NCBI GenBank assembly: GCA_034002905.1 | Contig: JAVEZQ010000004.1 | Span: 4,175-68,174 of the forward strand | DNA from: Alphaproteobacteria bacterium | GTDB taxonomy: Bacteria > Pseudomonadota > Alphaproteobacteria > UBA9219 | Direction of reading: 5' to 3' | Length of the DNA stretch: 64,000 nucleotides | Shown here: positions 27,194 to 37,330 of the stretch, one piece after another | Layout of the letters: each line of letters starts with the position of its first letter | Position numbering within the stretch: position 1 is the first letter of the stretch | Position numbers and translations under genes: made by a program | The notes under the pieces: generated by a model | The model's input: only the letters and a program-made list of their open reading frames with translations | What the model was told of the DNA's origin: nothing | Databases searched by the model: none

Positions 27194-28215
27194 ATGGTTT
27201 CATCCCAGTTACGAACCAAGTTTATCAATTGATCCACATGTTCTGGGGGCGTTTCTTTAGGAACCCCATGGCCAAGATTAAAAATATGTTTGCTCGGCAA
27301 GGTTTTTAAAATGGATACTGTTGCCAATTTCATGCGCTCGCCGCCCTCGACCAGCAAGGCTGGATCTAAATTTCCTTGAACACAAACATGGGGGATTAGA
27401 TTTTGCGCTGCAAAGACAGGATCGATAAATTGATCAACACTGACCGCTTTAACGCCCGTTTCTTTGGCATATCGAACATAATTTTCCGGTATGGCCCCTC
27501 GCGGAAACCCGATTATAGGGATATTGCGATCAACCCTTTGAACCAATTCAACGATCTTTTGTGTGGGACGTAAAATAAATCTATCAAATAGTTCTGTCGG
27601 GATAGCGCCGGCATGACTTTCAAATATCTGGACCACATCAGCGCCTGCCTTTATCTGCGCAACAAGGTGTTGAGCAGATGCTTCAACCAACAATTCGATC
27701 AGGGCCGCCAAGTCATCCTGTCTGTTTTTCGCCCAGAACACAGCTTTTGAAAAATCACCACCCTTTCCCTCAATCATATAGGCGGCCACAGTCCAAGGCC
27801 CACCACAAAACCCTATAACACTTTGTTTTTTATTAACTTTATCTTTGACCTGCGCGAGTGCCTCATAGCTTGCCATTATTCGGTTCGGGCTCCATTTCAA
27901 CTGTTCTAGAGCTTGCATTGGAGAAAGACGCGGCCCCTCGCCTTCTTCAAAACGAACATCCATTCCCAAGGCAAGCGGAACAAGAAGGATATCCGCAAAA
28001 AGAATAGCTGCATCCAGATCAAATCTACGCAATGGTTGAAGTGTAGCTTCGACAGCAAGAGAAGGGGTGAGACAAAAATCAATGAAATTGAAAGCCTGAG
28101 TTCGCAGAGCCCTATATTCTGGAAGATAACGTCCTGCTTGTCTCATAAACCAAAGAGGCCTTCGTTTGCAAACGAAACCATTAAGACAATCAAGAAAAGG
28201 TTTATCAGTTTTATG
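27190..28215 (-). CDS. hemE: Uroporphyrinogen decarboxylase (start uncertain: GTG 28215 or ATG 28275)
   Basis: PLWFMRQAGRYLPEY N-terminal signature. The first 20 codons from ATG 28275 are very AT-rich and lack HemE homology, so the GTG start is favoured. Confidence 0.8.
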   Translation of the reverse strand, partial: HKTDKPFLDCLNGFVCKRRPLWFMRQAGRYLPEYRALRTQAFNFIDFCLTPSLAVEATLQPLRRFDLDAAILFADILLVPLALGMDVRFEEGEGPRLSPMQALEQLKWSPNRIMASYEALAQVKDKVNKKQSVIGFCGGPWTVAAYMIEGKGGDFSKAVFWAKNRQDDLAALIELLVEASAQHLVAQIKAGADVVQIFESHAGAIPTELFDRFILRPTQKIVELVQRVDRNIPIIGFPRGAIPENYVRYAKETGVKAVSVDQFIDPVFAAQNLIPHVCVQGNLDPALLVEGGERMKLATVSILKTLPSKHIFNLGHGVPKETPPEHVDQLINLVRNWDETI

Positions 28216-28589
28216 CACGTTTCCTTTTATCAAATAAATAATATTAAAAGTAGTAGTAGTTTGTTGGGATGGCATATAACGTGGATTAATTTTTGGAAGA
28301 GAATTCGCCTTTTTATCCCTTAAGTTACCCTCAAGGAGCCATTTCGCTCGCATCGGTAAATAAGATTGTTAATTTTTTATGAAAATATCATAAAAAGAGG
28401 GGTGGAAAGAAATGTGGATAACGTGGATAAAAAATTGACACAGACTTATACCCTTTTTTCACAGGTTGATGTGAAAAAAGATCCACGGATTGTTGTTTTG
28501 TGGAAAAAAGTCGAAAGACAGGGATTGAAAGAGGAGCCCTCTTCCGGCAGTCTCACTTATCCCCATAACACAGCGTTGGTAAAGAAAAC
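28216..28589. promoter_or_regulatory. Candidate chromosomal replication origin (oriC) between hemE and the DUF299 gene
   Basis: AT-rich. DnaA-box matches: TGTGGATAA (28413-28421) in tandem with GTGGATAA (28423-28430); GTGGATTAA (28281-28289); TTATCCCT (28313-28320); GATCCAC (28480-28486); TTATCCCCA (28557-28565). AT tract AAATAAATAATATTAAAAGTAGTAGTAGT at about 28230-28260 as a possible DUE. Synteny hemE | ori | DUF299-aroE-coaE-dnaQ matches Caulobacter Cori. Confidence 0.55.
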
Positions 28590-29441
28590 GTGAATCTCTC
28601 GCCTGAAAAAATATTCCACATCCATCTTGTTTCCGATGCCACAGGCGAAACAATCAGCTCTGTCGCTCGTGCCGGTCTTGTTCAATTCGGCGCTATCCAA
28701 AAAGAAGAACATCATTGGACGCTTATTCGTACCAAAAGACAGCTCGATCTCGTCTTTGAAGGGTTGCGTCAATGGCCAGGACTTGTCCTTTATACTTTCA
28801 TCAATGACGACATGGCAAAGGCTATGCATGACCAATGTCAACGCATGGGCGTGCCGTCTCTCTCGGTTCTTGCCCCAGTGATTTCGGTTTTATCCGGATT
28901 TTTTGGTGTGCCATCCGCTCATGATCCAGGAAAGCAACATGAGCTCGATAAAGAATATTTTAAGCGAATAGAGGCGATGGATTTTGCCATGTCGCTTGAT
29001 GATGGGAATAAGACGGACAAGTTGAATGAAGCGGATGTGATTATTTTGGGCGTTTCCCGTACCTCCAAAACTCCAACATGTATCTATCTGTCCCATCGCG
29101 GGATCAAGGCCGCGAATGTTCCCATTATTCCCGGTATTCCGCTCGATATCGACTTTGCGCGATTGACAAAACCCATGATTATTGGCTTGACGTCCCGCCC
29201 TGACGAATTGGTTGAAACAAGGCGCTCTCGTTTAAGGTTCCTTAATCAAGGCGATACGGATTATATTGATCCGGAAAAAGTTCGGGAAGAAGTTCTGGCC
29301 GCACGCCGTCTTTTTGCCAAGCTAGAATGTCCTGTAATAGACGTTACGCGCAAATCGGTTGAGGAAACGGCAGCAGAAATACTCCTGATCTTAAAGAAGA
29401 GGGACATGGAACAAGTGATAAAGGATTCCAGTCATGAGTAG
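28590..29441 (+). CDS. Pyruvate, phosphate dikinase regulatory protein-like kinase/pyrophosphorylase (DUF299)
   Basis: GTG start. HIHLVSDATGETISS N-terminus and GVSRTSKTPT P-loop. Confidence 0.75.
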   Translation: MNLSPEKIFHIHLVSDATGETISSVARAGLVQFGAIQKEEHHWTLIRTKRQLDLVFEGLRQWPGLVLYTFINDDMAKAMHDQCQRMGVPSLSVLAPVISVLSGFFGVPSAHDPGKQHELDKEYFKRIEAMDFAMSLDDGNKTDKLNEADVIILGVSRTSKTPTCIYLSHRGIKAANVPIIPGIPLDIDFARLTKPMIIGLTSRPDELVETRRSRLRFLNQGDTDYIDPEKVREEVLAARRLFAKLECPVIDVTRKSVEETAAEILLILKKRDMEQVIKDSSHE

Positions 29442-30288
29442 AGCTTATTTAACCGGTAAAGCAAAACTGGCCGGAGTCATAGGATATCCGATTGCCCACA
29501 CTAAATCGCCGCTTATCCATGGGTACTGGTTGAACAAACATGATATTGACGGTGTCTACATGCCACTCCGTGTTCATCCTGATCAACTTGAACAGGCTTT
29601 GCGGGCCTTGCCTGTTTTGGGCTTTCGTGGTTGTAATTTGACAATTCCCCACAAAGAGCTAGCCATCAAAATTGTTGATCAACTTACATCGTTGGCGCGA
29701 AGAGTTGGCGCGGCGAACACGATTATTGTCAGTGAAGACGGAAGGTTAATAGGTGATAATACGGATGTTTTTGGTTTTGTTGAGAATCTCAAAAGCGGTG
29801 GTTTCGACCTCCACAATACAAACGCACATGTTGTGGTTTTAGGGGCCGGCGGCGCGGCACGGGGTATTGTCGTTGCTCTGCAAGAACTGGGCGCCAAGAA
29901 AATCACGATTGTAAACCGATCTGCCGAAAGGGCGGAGACACTTTGTCGCGAGCTTAATTTTGGTGGCGAGATGGAATGCGCGTCATGGGATCAAAGGAAT
30001 AATGTTATTTCGGATGCCTCTCTTGTTGTTAATGCCACGTCGCTTGGTATGACAGGACAGCAAGAGCTGGACATAGATTTGACCGTGATATCACCAACGG
30101 CGTGGGTAACAGATGCTGTTTATACACCCCTTAAAACTGGACTCTTAAAAAAGGCAGAAGAAAAAGGATGCCGCGTGATCGATGGTCTTGGCATGCTTCT
30201 TCATCAGGCGCGTCCCGGTTTTGAAGCATGGTTTGGCCAAAAAGTTGACGTTACCGCCGAGCTCCGCGATTTGGTGCTTCATGGATAG
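29434..30288 (+). CDS. aroE: Shikimate dehydrogenase
   Basis: GVIGYPIAHTKSPLIHG ... VVLGAGGAARG Rossmann fold. Confidence 0.85.
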   Translation: MSRAYLTGKAKLAGVIGYPIAHTKSPLIHGYWLNKHDIDGVYMPLRVHPDQLEQALRALPVLGFRGCNLTIPHKELAIKIVDQLTSLARRVGAANTIIVSEDGRLIGDNTDVFGFVENLKSGGFDLHNTNAHVVVLGAGGAARGIVVALQELGAKKITIVNRSAERAETLCRELNFGGEMECASWDQRNNVISDASLVVNATSLGMTGQQELDIDLTVISPTAWVTDAVYTPLKTGLLKKAEEKGCRVIDGLGMLLHQARPGFEAWFGQKVDVTAELRDLVLHG

Positions 30289-30898
30289 GTTAGCCCCGAT
30301 TGTTATTGGTGTTACGGGTTCTATCGGTGCCGGAAAAAGCACGGTTTCGAAATGCCTTGTCCGTAAGGGGGCGAAAAGACTGGACACCGATCGTGTCGTA
30401 CATGGTTTCTTAAAAAGAGATGGTGATGCTTACAAAAAAGTGGCCACCCTTTTTCCATCAAGTGTTACGGCGCGAGGAATAAGCCGTAAGAAGCTGGGGG
30501 CCTTGGTTTTTGGCAATCCATCAAATCTTCAGCGTCTGGAAAATATTTTGCACCCCTTGGTGATCAAGGCTTGCAAGCAATTTATCAAGGAGCAAGGAAC
30601 AAAAGGAAAGCACGTTGTTGTTTTGGAGGTGCCACTTCTTTTTGAAACGGGACTGGAAAAACTGTGTACCTACACCTTGTTCATCACAACAACTGAAGCC
30701 CAACGGCGCAAGCGCGTTTTATCAAGACCCAATATGACCGAAGAAAAATATCAAGCCATCACTAAAAAAATGGGAACGGATCGACAAAGGCAAAAGCGCG
30801 CCGATTTTGTTGTGTCAAACAACAGCGATGATCAAGAAGCCCTTCAAAAAAAGATCAATTCTCTGTGGAAGAAAATGATGAATAGGGAAGATGTATGA
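30281..30898 (+). CDS. coaE: Dephospho-CoA kinase
   Basis: IVIGVTGSIGAGKST P-loop. ATG 30281 overlaps the aroE stop. ORF 30182..30898 trimmed. Confidence 0.85.
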   Translation: MDRLAPIVIGVTGSIGAGKSTVSKCLVRKGAKRLDTDRVVHGFLKRDGDAYKKVATLFPSSVTARGISRKKLGALVFGNPSNLQRLENILHPLVIKACKQFIKEQGTKGKHVVVLEVPLLFETGLEKLCTYTLFITTTEAQRRKRVLSRPNMTEEKYQAITKKMGTDRQRQKRADFVVSNNSDDQEALQKKINSLWKKMMNREDV

Positions 30899-31596
30899 GA
30901 GAGATAGTTCTTGATACTGAAACAACCGGATTTGACCCTTTAAAGGGGGATCGACTTGTTGAAATCGGCTGCGTTGAAATTATGCATCATCTCCCAACGG
31001 GGAAAGTTTTTCATCAATATTTCAACCCGGATCGCGATGTGCCGGAGGCGGCAACGCGTGTGCATGGCCTGACAAACGAGTTTTTAAGTGACAAGCCTTT
31101 TTTTGCGCAGGAAGTTGACACGTTTTTGGAATTTATCGCGGGAGATCCGCTTGTTATTCATAATGCGGCCTTCGATATGGGTTTTTTGAATGCGGAGCTT
31201 TCACGTGCCGGATATAAGATTTTGCCTCGTGACCGCGCCATAGACACATTAACCATGGCGCGGGATAAATTTCCCGGTGCCCCCGCTTCACTGGATGCCT
31301 TGTGTAAGCGTTTTGGGATAGATTTGTCCGAGCGCGGTTTTCACGGCGCTTTACTTGATGCGCGTCTTTTGGCCGAAGTTTACTTAGAGCTGCGCGGCGG
31401 GCGTCAACCGGGTTTCGAGATGAAATCATCGACGATGACGGTTTGTGAAGAAATTATTCTGTCACAAGACAGAACTTTTCGAGCCGCACGGGCTTTTCCG
31501 ATTTCAGAGGAAGAGCTTTTGGCACACGAAGCTTTTTTGTCAAAAATCCCATCGGCCCTTTGGCGGACATCCGTCACGAAGGAGGGAAAGGCTTAG
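30895..31596 (+). CDS. dnaQ: DNA polymerase III epsilon subunit (3'-5' exonuclease)
   Basis: Exo I motif IVLDTETTGFDP plus Exo II and III motifs. Confidence 0.85.
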   Translation: MREIVLDTETTGFDPLKGDRLVEIGCVEIMHHLPTGKVFHQYFNPDRDVPEAATRVHGLTNEFLSDKPFFAQEVDTFLEFIAGDPLVIHNAAFDMGFLNAELSRAGYKILPRDRAIDTLTMARDKFPGAPASLDALCKRFGIDLSERGFHGALLDARLLAEVYLELRGGRQPGFEMKSSTMTVCEEIILSQDRTFRAARAFPISEEELLAHEAFLSKIPSALWRTSVTKEGKA

Positions 31597-32291
31597 TGAA
31601 GATGGGCCGAAAGAAAATCAACTGTGCGTTGATTGGCAAGATCGCAGGATTCTTTGTGATAGGTTGGGGCCTCAAGTCGAGCGAAGCCATGTTCCGCCGC
31701 AGGATAGATATGGGTGGTAATGGCTGAATTCCGATCAAGCACCTTGAGAAGCTTTGTGCGGATTAAATCTGGGATGAGCTTATCGCGCCCCGCTAGATGT
31801 AAAAGGTAGGGCACGCGGACGTCAAAGATTTCATCTGTCATGCTGTCAAGGCCGACACCATAATATCCAACAGCACAATTGATATCAGCACGCGCCGCCA
31901 GAAGGAACGAAAGGCGGCTTCCCAAACAAAAGCCCAGTGCGCCGACATGTCCACTGCATTTGGGGCTTTGCCGAAGATAGGCAAGCACCGCTAACAAATC
32001 TCTAACACCAGCCTCAACGTCAAAATTCGTGTAAAGCTTTCGCGCCTGATCCCAGTTGGCTTCGCCCGTAACATCGTCCAGTCCAGTTGTTACATTCTGC
32101 CGCCAAAAAAGATTTGGACACAAGGTGACATAGCCTAATGACGCAAACTGCATACATTTTTGTTGCATGGCCGCCGAAAGCCCAAAGATGCCGTGAATAA
32201 GGATAAGACCTGGCCCATACCCACGCTCAGGAAGAAACTCCAGAGAGTCAAAATGTGTTCCGTCGAGAGATTTTACTTTTACAAGTGCCAT
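31593..32291 (-). CDS. Dienelactone hydrolase-family alpha/beta hydrolase
   Basis: GFCLGS nucleophile elbow. Start at MALVKVKS (32291) from ORF 31593..32435. Confidence 0.6.
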   Translation of the reverse strand: MALVKVKSLDGTHFDSLEFLPERGYGPGLILIHGIFGLSAAMQQKCMQFASLGYVTLCPNLFWRQNVTTGLDDVTGEANWDQARKLYTNFDVEAGVRDLLAVLAYLRQSPKCSGHVGALGFCLGSRLSFLLAARADINCAVGYYGVGLDSMTDEIFDVRVPYLLHLAGRDKLIPDLIRTKLLKVLDRNSAITTHIYPAAEHGFARLEAPTYHKESCDLANQRTVDFLSAHLH

Positions 32292-32386
32292 GTGTACGCC
32301 CCGGTTGTCGCGCACTAAGCTATCTTTGCGGGCGGGGCAATGCAAACAGTTATTGCCTCTTTTGTGGTGACGCGAGAAGGTTCTTG

Positions 32387-34447
32387 CTAGTTGTTGATTT
32401 TTTCCAACGATAAGCCCTGAATCATAATTGCACACATTGTTGGGGCAGGTGATGTTGCGGACACTTCAAGATATTCTTCGTCAGCGCGTGGGTCATTCGG
32501 CAATAGGAAGAAGAGAGGGCCGTTGTTTTGCAGGGACTTAAGGGTTTTTTCGTAAAGGATATTTCCATCAGGTGTCTTAAGGCGAATAGAAATGAGCGGC
32601 GCCGCACAGGGATGCGCTTCAAATTGTACCCCCATGGCAAGCCGATAGGCCGCCATTTTTATTTTTTCATCTCTAAATATGGTTGCGCGGGGAAAGGCGG
32701 GCGACAAATAGGCAAGCAAGGTTCCTGCCCCTGTGTTCGATGAATCTACTCTTTGCATGCCGTTTGTTTCCGTTAAGACCCATGTTCGGCGGTCATCACG
32801 TATGTTTCGGGACGGGATCAGCGCGTTGTGCAGGGCTCGGGGCGTCCACGGCTCTTTACGACGCCATATTTGTACCCAAACGTTTCGGGAAAGAGAAAAG
32901 GCTGTTGGATCTTGTGTAAAATTTTCGGAAGGACGAATAAAGGCTGCCATCGAGGTCACGGCTTTTTGTTTTTCTGGATCGAGATGATATTGCGTAGGCG
33001 TGGCCACAAGAAATATGTCGGCGCTAGCCAAGGCATCAAGGGGCGCGACGCCAGAAGAGTCCGTATCAGGGACGGGGATAAAGCGTTTAAAGGTTTGCAA
33101 GTCACCAAGGCCTTTTTCAAAGGCAACGCGCATTAAGTCCTGATTGAAAATAAAGGACGAACCAATCAGAACGATCTTTTCGTTATCGGTCGTTTGCGCC
33201 GCAACATATTTGGCGAGCGATAAAATGGCATCATAGTCATCACGACGCCAGGGGGGGCGCGATGTTCCCCAAAGCGACAAAGACGGTGGATCGCTGGGCA
33301 GGGGTGTTTTGCTGCTCAGCCAAAGTGCCTGAGCGCTGTTGAGGGCAAGGAGTGTGAAAACAAGGATGGAGGCGATTTGCACCAGTTTTTTTCTTGGACG
33401 CAAAAAATAGGCGGCCAACCCTGTGAAACAGAAAAGCGGTAAAACGGCGATAAGATAATGTTGTCCGGCCTGTCCGGGGCCGAGGCTCCAGATAATGCCC
33501 CAAAACAGGGAAAGGAAAAAGACCAAAGAAAGAGATCGCCGGAGCGTTGGATGAATCCACGCCGCATAAATAAAACCGATAAGCGTACCGAAGATCAGAA
33601 AAAGCCCCATATGGGACAAGCAAAAAAGGATAAAGTAGCTGGGCGGGCGTTTATAGCTGTCATAAAGCTCGCTAAAATTGACGGTAAGCATGTTGTAAAG
33701 ATAATAGGGCTCGGTCGCTAAAAGAGTCAGAAATAGGCCGGCTCCTATCACACCGCACATTACAGCAAAATTCATGGGTGGTTTGACATGATCGCGAAGG
33801 AGGGGGTGTTTTTTTGTTCGCGCTCGGCCCTGCGGACGCGGAGAAAGGTATTGTAACGCGGCCATTACAAAGATAAGCGCCACCGCCGCATACGCATAAT
33901 GTCGTCGGAACGTAACCGCGAAACCGAGAAGGAGGCCCATAAAAAGAGCCCGCTTCCAATCCATGGTTTTGCCAAGGCCATAGGCTACGGCAAGCGTAAA
34001 GAGGGCGGCCGCCCCATTGTCTGGATATCCTTCTAATAAGGGGAACCAGAGAAACGGGATAAAGAGGGGAAGAGCCGCGCCCAATAACAAGGCCTTTGCC
34101 CATTTATATCCGAAAAGCTGTCTCGCAAGCACAGCGAAAGCCAGCATATGTCCAACAAAATAGAAGAGATAGTTCGTTAATATGAACGTTTCACGCGTGC
34201 TGCCAAGCACAGAAAAGGCCAACAAAGATGGGAGGGCGAAAAGAAGATTGTAGTTGTTTCGAAAACTTGAGGCAAAAAGGCCCAAGGCTTCTTGGGCCGG
34301 TGCAGCCCAAAGCGCATGCGCCATGTCGTAATACATGGTATGGTCCCAAAAAATGAAAGCATGTTCATGCGACAAATAGAGCCACACGAAGTAAAACGCG
34401 AAGAGTACGATGCCCAAAGGGGCGTAGAGCTTGAGGCGAGCCTTCAT
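32387..34447 (-). CDS. Large polytopic membrane protein, putative ArnT/PMT-like (GT-C) glycosyltransferase
   Basis: N-terminal half with more than 10 TM helices rich in aromatic residues, then a soluble C-terminal domain. Family assignment tentative. Confidence 0.45.
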   Translation of the reverse strand: MKARLKLYAPLGIVLFAFYFVWLYLSHEHAFIFWDHTMYYDMAHALWAAPAQEALGLFASSFRNNYNLLFALPSLLAFSVLGSTRETFILTNYLFYFVGHMLAFAVLARQLFGYKWAKALLLGAALPLFIPFLWFPLLEGYPDNGAAALFTLAVAYGLGKTMDWKRALFMGLLLGFAVTFRRHYAYAAVALIFVMAALQYLSPRPQGRARTKKHPLLRDHVKPPMNFAVMCGVIGAGLFLTLLATEPYYLYNMLTVNFSELYDSYKRPPSYFILFCLSHMGLFLIFGTLIGFIYAAWIHPTLRRSLSLVFFLSLFWGIIWSLGPGQAGQHYLIAVLPLFCFTGLAAYFLRPRKKLVQIASILVFTLLALNSAQALWLSSKTPLPSDPPSLSLWGTSRPPWRRDDYDAILSLAKYVAAQTTDNEKIVLIGSSFIFNQDLMRVAFEKGLGDLQTFKRFIPVPDTDSSGVAPLDALASADIFLVATPTQYHLDPEKQKAVTSMAAFIRPSENFTQDPTAFSLSRNVWVQIWRRKEPWTPRALHNALIPSRNIRDDRRTWVLTETNGMQRVDSSNTGAGTLLAYLSPAFPRATIFRDEKIKMAAYRLAMGVQFEAHPCAAPLISIRLKTPDGNILYEKTLKSLQNNGPLFFLLPNDPRADEEYLEVSATSPAPTMCAIMIQGLSLEKINN

Positions 34448-34556
34448 AGGCCGACAGCATAAGGGGCTTTTCTTCTCGCGACAATATTGAACTTGGTGTC
34501 AATCTCCTTTAATGTGAGGGAGCTGCGCCACAATCACCACAGACAAAGGATCTGCC

Positions 34557-34853
34557 ATGAAGGTTACGGTAAATGTAGAATGCACACCCGAGGAAGCCCG
34601 GTCCTTTTTGGGTCTGCCGGATGTGCAGCCCATGCAACAGGCGGTGATGGCGGAGCTTGAACAACGCATGATCGGCAATATTCAAGCGATGAGCCCCGAA
34701 TCTATGGTTCAGACATGGCTTCCGGCCAGCTTACAGGGTGCAGAAAATCTTCAGAAGATGTTCTGGGGTCAGGTTCAAAACATGATGTCCGGCGTAGTGA
34801 ACACAGCGAATGCGGCCGTGACGTTTAAAGAACCGGACAGCAAGGCTTCGTAG
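34557..34853 (+). CDS. hypothetical conserved small protein (98 aa) upstream of mnmE
   Basis: ORF with clear coding bias. No family recognised. Confidence 0.45.
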   Translation: MKVTVNVECTPEEARSFLGLPDVQPMQQAVMAELEQRMIGNIQAMSPESMVQTWLPASLQGAENLQKMFWGQVQNMMSGVVNTANAAVTFKEPDSKAS

Positions 34854-34859
34854 GTTTTC

Positions 34860-36218
34860 TTGAGCGCGAATTTTTCCCATGAAAGCATCGTTGCGCTGGC
34901 GTCGGCCGCCGGGCGGGCGGGAGTCGCGGTTATACGGCTTTCGGGGCCACAGGCCCGTGAAGCCTTGCGCAGAACTTGTTTTCCAAGCGACCTTCCCTCA
35001 CCCCGCCATGTGGCGCTAAGGCGTTTTGTCGATTTCCGTACGGGTGAATTGGTTGACCATGCCCTTGTTCTCTTTTTTCCCGGCCCTAACAGTTTCACGG
35101 GCGAAGACGTGGCCGAGTTTCAAGTACATGGCGGACGCGCCGTAGTTGCGACCGTTTTAGAAGTTTTGTGTGCCATCGACGGCATAAGACCTGCCGATCC
35201 GGGCGAGTTTTCGCGTCGCGCCTTTGAAAATAGCAAGATGGATCTGACCGAAGCCGAGGCCATCGCCGATTTGGTTGATGCCGAAACAGCGGCGCAACGC
35301 AGGCAAGCCTTGCGGCAGATGGATGGTGAACTCGGCGCTCTTTATACAGGTTGGGCCGATCGCATAAAATATGCCCTTGCCTTTATCGAAGCCGAAATCG
35401 ATTTTGCTGACGAGGATATCCCTGAGGACATCACGAAGGATCGTCTAAGTGATATGAAGGCTTTGGCGCAAGAGATGGAAACCCATCTCAATGACGAGCA
35501 TCGGGGCGAGCGGTTGCGTGACGGCTTTATGGTGGCGCTTCTTGGCGCGCCAAACGCTGGAAAATCAAGCATTCTTAATAAGTTAGCTCGTCGCGAGGCG
35601 GCCATTGTTGATCCGACCCCCGGCACAACACGGGATATCATCGAATGCCAGCTTGATCTTGGCGGTTATCCCGTGACCTTTGCGGATACGGCAGGACTGC
35701 GCGAAACGGTTGATGCGATCGAGAATGAGGGCGTTCGTCGCGCCCTACATCGCGCGCAACAAGCAGACATCAAGCTTTTGGTCTTCGACGGCACTAAAGA
35801 TCCGCAACAGGATACCGCCACTTGGAGCTTGCGTGACGATCATACCTTTTTGGTGATCAACAAAATGGATCAGGTTGTTGCCCCCGATGTTCTTCGTCAA
35901 AGCCTATTGAATGAGCCGCGTACAGTTTTTGTCTGTGCCACGTCAGGAGAGGGTTTAAGCGAATTGGTCGAAAGGCTAGTTTTAGAGTTGAACGACCGTT
36001 ATGCCGCAACAACAGCGCCAGCCCTCACCCGGACACGCCACCGTCTGGCCGTACAGGAAGCGCTTGATCATATTCAGCGCGCTTTGTCCGCCGATCAATC
36101 CGAACTATGCGCTGAAGATTTGCGTCTGGCCATGCGTGCTGTTGGACGGATAACGGGGCGCGTTGATGTCGAAGATTTGTTGGATGTGATTTTTAGTTCA
36201 TTTTGTATTGGAAAATAG
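34860..36218 (+). CDS. mnmE: tRNA modification GTPase MnmE (TrmE)
   Basis: G-domain motifs GAPNAGKSS and DTAGLR, plus C-terminal CIGK. Confidence 0.9.
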   Translation: MSANFSHESIVALASAAGRAGVAVIRLSGPQAREALRRTCFPSDLPSPRHVALRRFVDFRTGELVDHALVLFFPGPNSFTGEDVAEFQVHGGRAVVATVLEVLCAIDGIRPADPGEFSRRAFENSKMDLTEAEAIADLVDAETAAQRRQALRQMDGELGALYTGWADRIKYALAFIEAEIDFADEDIPEDITKDRLSDMKALAQEMETHLNDEHRGERLRDGFMVALLGAPNAGKSSILNKLARREAAIVDPTPGTTRDIIECQLDLGGYPVTFADTAGLRETVDAIENEGVRRALHRAQQADIKLLVFDGTKDPQQDTATWSLRDDHTFLVINKMDQVVAPDVLRQSLLNEPRTVFVCATSGEGLSELVERLVLELNDRYAATTAPALTRTRHRLAVQEALDHIQRALSADQSELCAEDLRLAMRAVGRITGRVDVEDLLDVIFSSFCIGK

Positions 36219-36226
36219 TCTCGTGC

Positions 36227-37171
36227 TTAAACTTGCTCGTCCATGGGGGCTGGTTCAATCTCGTCAAATAAGGAGAAGTCAATCACGGGTTGTCGATCTT
36301 CAGCTCGGCGGAACATACTTTTAAATTTGGAGCCGAAAGCGATCTCTTCGTGGTTATAGGCGAAATGTGTGTGAATTTGCTGGCCAAAGGTTTCATCGAC
36401 ACCAGAGAGGAGAACAACAAGCTCTGTTTCTTTTTCCCGCAGGTTTTCGGGCGTTTCTCCATAAAGGGGGCTGTTGCTGTCGATCACATGACGGAGAGTC
36501 CAGGTCAGATTAAAAAGCGACAGTTTGCTGCGAATAATGGGAAGATCATAAACGCGTCGGGTTTGCTCCCCTTCGAGCGTTGTTTCGTTGCGTGAAAGCG
36601 TGAGGCGACTCTCGGCTTGTAAAATGGTTGTGCCGCGCTTGTTGGCGATGCGGATTTGTAGGGTTGGTTTGCCTTCATAAAGGGCGATGGTGGCATAGTG
36701 GCTGAAAATCGCGGGACTATGCGCATGGGAAAAGCGACTGAACAGAAGCCCGATGATAATGCCGTAAGAACACCAGCCGACAAAGGATTCAATGCTGATG
36801 AGAATGTTGGCGTAAAGGCTCAGCGGGCCGGCATGATCAACTCCAAGCGTAGAGAAAACGCGCACACTAAAGAAAAGAGCATTTAAAAAGGCCAGAACGT
36901 TGTAGTCGTCAGGCCAATCGGAAGAAAGCATATAGAGGACAGCAAATAAGCCGTTGAGAGCGATATAACCCAAGCTGGCCCATACAAGAAGAAGGGGCCA
37001 AGGCACCGTTAGAAAATAATGTCCCCAATCGATCGGCTGATGCCGCGAAAGGCCTTTTTTCATGATGTTGATCCGCCCATCACGGGAGATAAAGCGATGT
37101 GGCTGATCGGTATCTACGGGTAAGATCCGGGCTGTTTTGCGTCGAAAGAAGTGGGGGGGATGAAGGTTCAT
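36227..37171 (-). CDS. Inward-rectifier K+ channel family (KirBac-like) protein with non-canonical selectivity filter
   Basis: Two TMs flanking pore helix FFSVRVFSTLGVDHAGP (compare KirBac FFSVETLATVGYGD), so the GYG is replaced by GVD. C-terminal Ig-like IRK_C domain. Inserted between mnmE and mnmG. Confidence 0.6.
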   Translation of the reverse strand: MNLHPPHFFRRKTARILPVDTDQPHRFISRDGRINIMKKGLSRHQPIDWGHYFLTVPWPLLLVWASLGYIALNGLFAVLYMLSSDWPDDYNVLAFLNALFFSVRVFSTLGVDHAGPLSLYANILISIESFVGWCSYGIIIGLLFSRFSHAHSPAIFSHYATIALYEGKPTLQIRIANKRGTTILQAESRLTLSRNETTLEGEQTRRVYDLPIIRSKLSLFNLTWTLRHVIDSNSPLYGETPENLREKETELVVLLSGVDETFGQQIHTHFAYNHEEIAFGSKFKSMFRRAEDRQPVIDFSLFDEIEPAPMDEQV

Positions 37172-37330
37172 GGGTCAATTCTATATGGTCTTCGAAAAAA
37201 ACTTGTTAACGTTTGGATAAACAGTTTCTGGGACAAAATTTGCTTTCACCCCATTCCTTGATTATACCCTCCTTTTTATCTTTGCCTTGAAACAAACAAG
37301 CAAAAGCGCGGCAGATAGGAACGTGGGACG

